Part shown: piece by piece, positions 9,101 through 15,158 of the stretch
Position numbering within the stretch: position 1 is the stretch's first letter
Layout of the letters: every line of letters starts with the position of its first letter
DNA from: Calditrichia bacterium
GTDB taxonomy: Bacteria; Calditrichota; Calditrichia; RBG-13-44-9
Direction: 5' to 3'
Length of the DNA: 17,077 nucleotides
Assembly (NCBI GenBank): GCA_037381445.1
Contig: JARRQT010000149.1
Location: forward strand, 1-17,077
Position numbers and translations under genes: made by a program
The notes under the pieces: model-generated
The model's input: only the letters and a program-made list of their open reading frames with translations
What the model was told of the DNA's origin: nothing
Databases searched by the model: none

Positions 9101-9200
9101 GGCTCATGCGGGCGGACCTTGCCTGCGCCAGCAGCGCTTCCGGAGAGGCGGTGCCGTTCATGGGGGAATACTGGGAATGGGTGTTCAGATGGCAAAACAT
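6195..9200 (-). CDS. dnaE2: Error-prone DNA polymerase III alpha subunit (DnaE2/ImuC-type)
   Basis: PHP N-terminus, GRGSGAASVVSYCLFIT, catalytic PDIDIDF, SVHPGG, LLKIDLLG, YSFCKPHSASY and a C-terminal OB fold. About 1000 aa with no further C-terminal extension; downstream of an ImuB-like gene. Confidence 0.9.
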   Translation of the reverse strand: MFCHLNTHSQYSPMNGTASPEALLAQARSARMSHLALTEINGLWGFIRFVQAANQQGVLPIAGTNLRTAGDEAVLLAETQKGYENISLILSKVHEQPDAGIRQLLEEHCQDIFVLAHRENTLAALSTIVPSSHLFVELRPGVEESHGHRLARKFGLEMVATSDVYFLRPEEVQTHKILRAIDLNSTLSRLKADDFKDERHYFRSEKEMIRLFPNSLDAINNSQYLAERCKTDWKYINTIFPEMSLRDTHRANRKLKKDVYEGAKIRYPDLTPEIRKRIEYELNIITRKGFAPYFLIVADIVKQTRATIGRGSGAASVVSYCLFITQVDPIRYNLQFERFIHPEREDMPDIDIDFPWDERDDILDYVFKKYGKQRTAMVSNQVLMQPRSGIREIAKVYGLSNEEINALTKRIGYFRGPADLLEWIRTDSRFKNLDLNDTLVEIVRQSSKIVGAFRYSSVHPGGVIIVPDDIRKYVPVLTAPKGVQIVEWEKDQVEDSGLLKIDLLGNRSLSVVRDTLRQIGVNRSAYMDYHAIQPVGDSRTAQLLRSGRTMGVFYIESPATRLLLKKAGKVDFEHVVIYSSIIRPAANRYIDLMLERIHGKPWQLLHPDLVCLAESYGIMVYEEQVSRVARDIAGFGYAESDYLRKVISKSSLRPKVSVWKNKFISGAVKKGYSPELALKLWGMIESFSGYSFCKPHSASYAMLSFTCAYLKAHFPAEFLASVITNQGGFYSAYAYLSEARRFGISILPPHINLSDRGYKGRGSKIRMGFMAIRELQDKVIDAILEARKTGPFRSLDDFFFRMEIEFADAMALTKAGCFNELEPGMSYREIALRVAYAYLSEDKTRSPRPQIFQDNLSTDERLKLETESFGFPVSRHPLQKYASVLRGHVKKARDIPYLEGRTIDLAGVLITRKMTSTRQEDPMEFVTFEDETDIYECVMFPAAFREYSDLLNWEKLFIVRGKVEKAFGVFTLTITKLSSLQKVVQRMPGGQIAKVKTLQPR

Positions 9201-9243
9201 GGTTAATTAAGCTCAAAATACATCAGTCTTACTTTATTGTTTA

Positions 9244-9441
9244 TTAACGTGAGTTCGACGTAATAAAAATGTCAATTGAATTATGTTAGAAACTATTCCC
9301 AAATGTCATTCCCGCATGCATTTAGCGGGAATCCACTGTAAAAGGACTGCAATTTGTTCTTCCCTGATCCACTGGATTCCGGCAATCCCTGCCGGAATGA
9401 CAATTTTGTTCGGAAAAGTTCTTAACTCGAACTCACATTAA
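9244..9441. mobile_element. MITE-like non-coding element with 15-bp terminal inverted repeats and internal REP/dRS3-like hairpins
   Basis: TTAACGTGAGTTCGA (9244-9258) and TCGAACTCACATTAA (9427-9441) match 14/15 as inverted repeats; both ends are TTAA; no ORF. Confidence 0.65.
9304..9402. repeat. Inverted pair of REP-like palindromes (GTCATTCC...GGAATCCA type)
   Basis: TGTCATTCCCGC-ATGCATTTA-GCGGGAATCCA (9304-9335) and TGGATTCCGGCA-ATCCC-TGCCGGAATGACA (9373-9402). Each folds into a hairpin and they are inverted relative to each other; the ATTCCC...GGGAAT core resembles Neisseria dRS3. Confidence 0.8.
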
Positions 9442-9444
9442 AAA

Positions 9445-10632
9445 CTACGCCACCAGCGCCGAGGCGGACTGAATGCTCATATCGCCAAAGCGGGAGCGGA
9501 TTTTGTCAATCGCTCTGGACAGGGCTTCGTTTTCCGCCGTCCGGTTATCAAACAATTCCAGCTGATGGACCACCGGTTGCAGTCTGGTAGCATCGATCAG
9601 GATCGAGCGAATATTGTTGCGGCGGTAGTTGGTTTTGACGAACAGATCCAGGCACAGGGTGGTCAGGGTTTGATCATCATTGGAGCTGGCGGTGCATTTC
9701 CGCGCATTTTTGAATCCGTCCGAGTAATGAATTTCCAGACACAGGGAACGGGCAATTCGTTTCCGGTGGCGCAGCTCAAACCCGATCTGTCCCGCCAGGG
9801 TCTGGACCACCGCTTCCAACCGGGCGGCATCGTTGGTATCGCGGTTCAGGATTTTTTGTTTGACGATATGGGGAACGGCCTTCGGGGCCACCACCGCCGA
9901 ATAATCCCTGCCATGGGCCTGAAGATCTACCTGCTTATAAAACTTGCCGAACAGCACAGCGGCAGTCTCCGGCTGTTTCAGGACCTCCTGAATATCCACC
10001 ACTTTTTTGAGGAAGACAAATTCCACCACCTGGCTGACCGCTTTTTCTTTGACCACCGGCAGTGTCCCGGACGTCAGGGGCGACATGAACTGGGGTTCAT
10101 AGCCGCTGTTCACCTCATAGAGGGGCTCCGGCACCACCAGAGTGGACACCGAGCTGACCAGCTTGTTGACACTGATGCCCAGACTGCCGCTCAGGTTGAC
10201 TTTATCCTGTATCCCCCGCAAAATCAGGTTTCCCGCCTGTTTGTTGGAATGGTAAATGGTGTTCATCCCGGTCATATCCACATAGTACTGCCCGTAATCC
10301 GAGGGCTCCACCACCGGCGAAAAGGAGGACACCGTTCTGTAAATATAGCGATTCATGCTTTCGTAGAGACGATCATTTGAGGGCAGCAGCAATACACCGT
10401 GGTTCATCTTCCTCACCAGGGAGACCTTCATTCCGGCATGCAGCCCTTCCTGCCGGGCTTCGTCGGAGAGACTGATAATGGTCCCCTGCTGATGATTGGA
10501 AGAGATAATGGCCACCGCCCGGGTGCGCAGCCGGCGGTCCATAAGTCGTTCCGCCTGGATCGCAAAATCTTTACAGCGGATGTGGAAAATGGAGCGGTCA
10601 TGTAACGGACGGTTTAATTTCAAAGCAAACAT
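9445..10632 (-). CDS. Y-family DNA polymerase-like protein, catalytically inactive (ImuB-like / DinB-derived)
   Basis: DinB-like fold motifs (SDEARQEGLHAGM, SSFSPVVEP, SLGISVNKLVS, little-finger LEIHYSDG, AIDKIRSRFG). Catalytic acidic motifs are lost: HIRCKDF instead of HxDxDxF, SDYGQYYVD instead of SxDExYxD. Beta-clamp motif QLELF at 9550-9564. RBS GAGGGAG. Confidence 0.88.
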   Translation of the reverse strand: MFALKLNRPLHDRSIFHIRCKDFAIQAERLMDRRLRTRAVAIISSNHQQGTIISLSDEARQEGLHAGMKVSLVRKMNHGVLLLPSNDRLYESMNRYIYRTVSSFSPVVEPSDYGQYYVDMTGMNTIYHSNKQAGNLILRGIQDKVNLSGSLGISVNKLVSSVSTLVVPEPLYEVNSGYEPQFMSPLTSGTLPVVKEKAVSQVVEFVFLKKVVDIQEVLKQPETAAVLFGKFYKQVDLQAHGRDYSAVVAPKAVPHIVKQKILNRDTNDAARLEAVVQTLAGQIGFELRHRKRIARSLCLEIHYSDGFKNARKCTASSNDDQTLTTLCLDLFVKTNYRRNNIRSILIDATRLQPVVHQLELFDNRTAENEALSRAIDKIRSRFGDMSIQSASALVA

Positions 10633-10652
10633 AACTCCCTCTTAAAACCTGC

Positions 10653-10681
10653 ATAATAGTGAACATATAACCACTCATAAA
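10653..10681 (-). promoter_or_regulatory. Candidate sigma70 promoter of imuB-like/dnaE2 with an imperfect dyad in the spacer (putative SOS operator)
   Basis: The minus strand reads TTTATG-17 nt-TATTAT, ending about 20 nt upstream of the ATG. The spacer holds AGTG-N10-CACT (plus strand AGTGAACATATAACCACT, 10658-10675). Confidence 0.4.
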
Positions 10682-11025
10682 TTAATAAAGGGAAACCCCA
10701 TGTGCAAGAGGAAAAATATGGGAATTTTAAAATGCAGGATGAAATGGCGGTACGAACGGGAAAAGCACTATCGGGGACAACCGCCCCCAATCCCCTGTTC
10801 GGACAGGTCTTTCCCTACGCATATACTTCAGAAAGCCGTTTTTCGCTGCTCCACTACTACACTATTCCGGCAGTCCGTCTCCTGCCGATTGAGGAATATC
10901 TGCCCGGCGAAGACTTCTTTCAGAGAACGCCAATATCATCATCTATAATGCTGCCATCCCAAAAATTCAAAAGAAAACATTTCAGGAATGCAGGTTTAAA
11001 TTCCGGTTATCAAAAAGGATCATAA

Positions 11026-12420
11026 TCAATTGGGAAAGGGTGCCGCAAACATTCGCACAGGGTGGTCCCAGTTAATTCTTCCGGCTTCAATGCCCAGGAG
11101 TCCGTCGTTAATTCTGATGCTCAGCCCGGGAAATTCTGATAACAGTCTCTGATGCAGCTCTTTTTTTGAATAATACATTTTATAGGCTTCGGGACTGTTC
11201 ATCCCGGGCAAAATATTTGCCGGCGCTTTCATGGCCACGGGGCCGTTCCCGCCGCTCTGCCGATAATATTCCGCCACATCGGCCGGAAGCCGGAAATTGC
11301 GGTAGGTCTGTTCCAGAAAATAATAGTAAGTCAGATCCCGGACGTATTGCTGCACGGCAGCGTCCACTTGCCCGGAATGTTCCAGTCCTTCCTGTCCGGC
11401 CGCTTCCAGCAAAAATTCATTGCGGATCATGATTCCAATATCATCCCTGAATCGCTTCACTGAACTAAGCTGAGGCCGGCTGTCCAGCGGCAGGTTCTCA
11501 AGTTTTTCGATGAAATCACCGATTGTCCACACTTCTTTCTCACTGGTCATAAATGAGAGCTTTAGTTCGCCTCGAAGCGCAGTTTTTAAATGACCGATCT
11601 GATCGTCCGTTACAGGGGCCATGCGGCGGAATTGCAGCCTGCTCTTGTCCTCATTCAAAATACCCAGCGCGCCGAGCACTTTTCGGAACGCTTCGCTTTT
11701 TACCTTAATTTTGAAAGGTTCCAGATAATTCTTTAAATACGCTGCCGCCACGATTTCCTCTTTCCTGCTCCGGAGAATTTTGCGAATCTGCTCCTTGCGG
11801 GCCTGAAATTCACTCTCGGTCAGCATGAGGTTATCTTTCCGGCCGGTAACCAGCAGAATATGGTATCCCCATTTACTGCGCACCGGTTGGGAATATTGAC
11901 CCGGCGTCAACCGGAATGCGGTTGATTCCAATGACATGTCCAGATCGCCCCAGGTGACCTCGCCCAGATCGGCGCCTCCCATCTGAGGATCGGTCCCTTG
12001 GAAGACCTGTTTGCTCAGGGTGTCGAATGGAACTCCCTGTTTCAGGGAATTGTAGAGGCGGCGGGCGGATATTTCATCCGGGGCAAATAAATGCTTTACA
12101 TGAAGCGCGCCCCCCATTTTCCGGAAAGCGTCCCGCTCCTCCCCTTCCGTGACAGCCACCTTTTCAGCGACTTCCTGCCGGTAAAAAGCATGGATCATTT
12201 CCTGCTTTCTTTTATCATCAATCCTCTTTTTGAGCAAAGGGTTGTCCAGAAGACCGCTGTTTGCCGCAAGTTTTTCCGACAGGTTTTTGTCGATCACAAA
12301 ATCCAGATACTCCCGCAGGCCGGCCTTCCCGGACAGGTAGGCGGGAAACGAAGGATCGGTTTCATATGAATCTAAGACTGCAATCAGCAGTACCGCCGCC
12401 GGCTTTCTAACATCTTTCAA
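11026..12420 (-). CDS. PpiC/parvulin-type peptidyl-prolyl cis-trans isomerase (PrsA/SurA-like foldase); N-terminus possibly shortened
   Basis: Rotamase motifs LHVKHLF, VPFDTLS, GGADLGEV, AFRLTPGQYSQPVRSKWGYHILLV, flanked by helical chaperone regions. TTG start with a GGGGGT RBS. Confidence 0.88.
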   Translation of the reverse strand: MKDVRKPAAVLLIAVLDSYETDPSFPAYLSGKAGLREYLDFVIDKNLSEKLAANSGLLDNPLLKKRIDDKRKQEMIHAFYRQEVAEKVAVTEGEERDAFRKMGGALHVKHLFAPDEISARRLYNSLKQGVPFDTLSKQVFQGTDPQMGGADLGEVTWGDLDMSLESTAFRLTPGQYSQPVRSKWGYHILLVTGRKDNLMLTESEFQARKEQIRKILRSRKEEIVAAAYLKNYLEPFKIKVKSEAFRKVLGALGILNEDKSRLQFRRMAPVTDDQIGHLKTALRGELKLSFMTSEKEVWTIGDFIEKLENLPLDSRPQLSSVKRFRDDIGIMIRNEFLLEAAGQEGLEHSGQVDAAVQQYVRDLTYYYFLEQTYRNFRLPADVAEYYRQSGGNGPVAMKAPANILPGMNSPEAYKMYYSKKELHQRLLSEFPGLSIRINDGLLGIEAGRINWDHPVRMFAAPFPN

Positions 12421-12653
12421 TTCTTACCCCCGGCAGAGATTTATCAAATCTTTTTGAAATCGTTTGCATTACCCGGACACCCTTTCCAAATACGATTAAT
12501 CGGATATAATTTATTCAACCATTACGGTCATGTAAATTTAAAAGGGAATTGTTTTATCCTTTTTCGCGCCTTAATGCTTATTCCAGACCGACCTGACATT
12601 TCCATGCCATAAACCATCACCGGAATTTGACCCCGCTCCCAAAATATAGTAAC

Positions 12654-12684
12654 AAAAATCCCGGCGTATAAACCGGGATTTTTT
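12654..12684. terminator. Bidirectional rho-independent terminator closing the glycoside-enzyme operon
   Basis: AAAAATCCCGG-CGTATAAA-CCGGGATTTTTT: a perfect stem with A/T tracts on both sides, about 155 bp past the stop of the GH144 tail fragment. Confidence 0.8.
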
Positions 12685-12839
12685 AAACAGCAAATTTCCG
12701 GCATCCATTAAGATCATTGATTTCTAATCATTGAAACAGGTCATCATGAATTTTAAATCCTGAGTATATTTCTTCCCTATTGCTGAATAATTGTTTTCTG
12801 CGCATCACAAATAAACCCATGCAATCACATTTCTCAGGA

Positions 12840-12998
12840 TCAGCGCACCATCAGCATCTTTCGGGTGGCGATAAAATCTCCGGCCTGCAGCCGGTAAAAG
12901 TAAATACCTGTGGGAAGATCATTCGACCGGAATTTGATGATATATTCTCCCGCATTCAATTTCTGATTTTGATAAATTGTTTTGACTGCCTGACCCAA
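12840..12998 (-). pseudogene. Out-of-frame second half of a T9SS-type (Por secretion tail) C-terminal domain belonging to the GH144 gene
   Basis: Manual translation gives LGQAVKTIYQNQKLNAGEYIIKFRSNDLPTGIYFYRLQAGDFIATRKMLMVR*, a typical CTD ending (GxYxYxL...TxKxxxxK/R). It is preceded in-frame by TGA, and the YPNPFNP-containing first half is absent. Confidence 0.85.
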
Positions 12999-15138
12999 TC
13001 AGCGGGGTTTTTCCGTCCTCAATCCCGACCGTCCAGCCAATGGCGGTCAGCATCTGGGGAATTTCGGGATTTGACATGAACATATCCCAGCACAATCCGG
13101 AACGGTAATTTTCCATCATAATAATCATGGGTCCCTGGTCAATCCCGATATAGCTCTGGGCGAACCAGTTGTGCTCCAGATTAAAGGCATCCTTGAATCC
13201 GAATTCACCCCAGAGCTGCGGACCCAGCACATAATAGAAATGCTTCAGGGTGGCGATGGATTCGTCCGGAACATACGGCATAGCGCTGATGGCGGCAGTG
13301 GGAGTAACCGTGCCGTTATCATGATTGAAAGGAGCATGCGCGCTGTATCCGCCCGGTTCATCACTGGCCGTGAGTCCCCAAACCAGGGAATCATAACCGG
13401 CGAAAGAGAATGGATTCGCCATAGAATAGGCACGGTGAATCAGCGAGATGTTCCGATTGTTTTCAAAGTAATTGCAGAATTTATCGGATTTGCCGCGGGG
13501 ATCGAATCCCAAAAATGAATAATGAGTAAAGAAAAGCGGACCGCCGTAGTTGGGACCCACCCATTGCATGATATTGTAATAGGTATTCCCGTTTTCATAA
13601 CTGACCGGAGATGCCCACCCATCGTAGTAAAGAGAGGCCGGGACGGCATGGGTCGGTGAGGCGATTGCCAGCAGATAGACAATCATTGCCTCGTTAAAGC
13701 CCACCACCGGCATATTCATGGCCCATTCGTAATTGGGCGACCAGTGCCAATACAAGACATTGCTGCTCTCTGTTCGGCGGTACCAGTCCCATTCAATGCC
13801 TTCCCACATCTGCGTGGCCCTGGTACGGATTTCGGTTTCCACCTCGTTGGCATCGTTAAAATACTGGCGGATGGTCAGTAATCCCTGTGCAAGATAGGCG
13901 GTTTCTACCAGGTCGCCCCCGTCATCGTACTGACTGAAGGGAATGGTTTCCCCGGTTTTTCCGTTGATCCAGTGGGCCCATGCCCCGTGATAGGTCGTCA
14001 CGCTGTCCTGCAGGAAGCGCAGAATTTTGAGGGTTCGTTCCGCTGCCGCTTCCCGGGTAACGAATCCCCGGTCCGCACCGACAATCATGCTCATCAGGCC
14101 GAATCCTGTGGCGCCGGTGGCACAGCCGTCACCGGCATCTTTCCTCTCCCGCGCCAGGCCGCTCACCGGATGTCCATAGTCATAAAAATATCGAAACATC
14201 GCTTCCTCAACCGTATTCAGCAGTTCTTCTTCCGTCATGGAGCGGGAGGTCGCAGACACCGTATCCGATGGCTGCGATTCTTCCAGGTTGGCGTTCAATG
14301 CGGTCACATTGTAATAATAGGTCTGATCATTCTGACCAAAGAAATCGCTGTAAATTTGCGGCGTATGCGGGACAGAGTTTAAGCGGGTAAAGGGTCCGGT
14401 TGGCGAAGCCGAGCGGTAAATATAGTGTCCGAACAGCGCGGAATCAGTCACCAGATCCCATTTTAAATCAATGCGGCTGTCATAGCCAGTGGCGGAAATA
14501 TTTTTTGGCGGATCCGGAATTGTCGGGCCGCTCCCCCCGGATTGGATAGCGCGTATTTCATCCAGCCAGGCGAGATGTTCCACACCGTCAGCGGTTTTCT
14601 GGAAATGGAAAATGGTTTTTATCCGGGAAAAGTCGCAATTATCCGGTCCGGGCTGAAAGGCGTCCAGAGGAACCATCACCTTTTGCCAGGAATTCGTATC
14701 GGCATCCACTCCGCTGAAATAATCACCCAGCCAAACCCTGCTGCTCCTATGATTGCTTAAATCTTCCATTGACAGATCGGGCAAATCGGCCTGCAGAATC
14801 TCCGCCGGCCCGTTGATCCAGTACACAAGGCTGTCATATTTGGTCAGATCATGCCCTGCCCAGCCGACGGAGGCCACCGCAATTCCCCAATCGCCTCCTG
14901 CTGCCGATGTCCAGTGCAGGCGAAGGCTGTGAGCACCCTGATAGGGATGCTGCAGATCGACCGGGAACTTGTCGCTGCCCACGCCCACCAGTTCCAGGAG
15001 GCTTGCCCCGCTTTTATAGCCCCAGGACGCGTCATAAAATGTCGGATCGGGACTGTCGCTAAAAAATATGATATCACTTTGAGCGAAGACGCTGGTCACC
15101 CAAAGCAGCAAAAATATAACGGCAAAGAATTTTTGCAT
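12919..15138 (-). CDS. Secreted GH144-family (DUF3131/glucoamylase-like) probable endo-beta-1,2-glucanase with CBM-like and FN3 domains; C-terminal tail frameshifted
   Basis: Sec signal (MQKFFAVIFLLLWVTSVFA). A jelly-roll-like domain (SLRLHW, LVYWING, WQKVMVPLDAF, LDEIR) and FN3 (PDPPKN, IDLKWD, YIYRS, YYYNVTA) precede GH144 motifs HPVSGLARER, ATGATGFG, HGAWAHW, DDGGDLVETA, LYWHWSP, FNEAMIVY, GGPLFFTHYSFLG, WGLTASD, YIGIDQGP. Confidence 0.88.
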   Translation of the reverse strand: MQKFFAVIFLLLWVTSVFAQSDIIFFSDSPDPTFYDASWGYKSGASLLELVGVGSDKFPVDLQHPYQGAHSLRLHWTSAAGGDWGIAVASVGWAGHDLTKYDSLVYWINGPAEILQADLPDLSMEDLSNHRSSRVWLGDYFSGVDADTNSWQKVMVPLDAFQPGPDNCDFSRIKTIFHFQKTADGVEHLAWLDEIRAIQSGGSGPTIPDPPKNISATGYDSRIDLKWDLVTDSALFGHYIYRSASPTGPFTRLNSVPHTPQIYSDFFGQNDQTYYYNVTALNANLEESQPSDTVSATSRSMTEEELLNTVEEAMFRYFYDYGHPVSGLARERKDAGDGCATGATGFGLMSMIVGADRGFVTREAAAERTLKILRFLQDSVTTYHGAWAHWINGKTGETIPFSQYDDGGDLVETAYLAQGLLTIRQYFNDANEVETEIRTRATQMWEGIEWDWYRRTESSNVLYWHWSPNYEWAMNMPVVGFNEAMIVYLLAIASPTHAVPASLYYDGWASPVSYENGNTYYNIMQWVGPNYGGPLFFTHYSFLGFDPRGKSDKFCNYFENNRNISLIHRAYSMANPFSFAGYDSLVWGLTASDEPGGYSAHAPFNHDNGTVTPTAAISAMPYVPDESIATLKHFYYVLGPQLWGEFGFKDAFNLEHNWFAQSYIGIDQGPMIIMMENYRSGLCWDMFMSNPEIPQMLTAIGWTVGIEDGKTPLIGSGSQNNLSKSEIECGRIYHQIPVE

Positions 15139-15158
15139 ATCTCACCCCACGCATTTTT

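Noticed and set aside
6433..10605. Long antisense or overlapping ORFs (e.g. 7113..7835, 8178..8825, 9565..10380)
   Set aside because: Shadow ORFs of the GC-rich dnaE2 and imuB-like genes with no independent motifs.
9445..10632. Annotation as active DNA polymerase IV (dinB)
   Set aside because: The catalytic Asp and Asp-Glu motifs are substituted.
12780..13079. 99-aa plus-strand ORF
   Set aside because: Antisense shadow of the GH144 C-terminus and the T9SS tail fragment.
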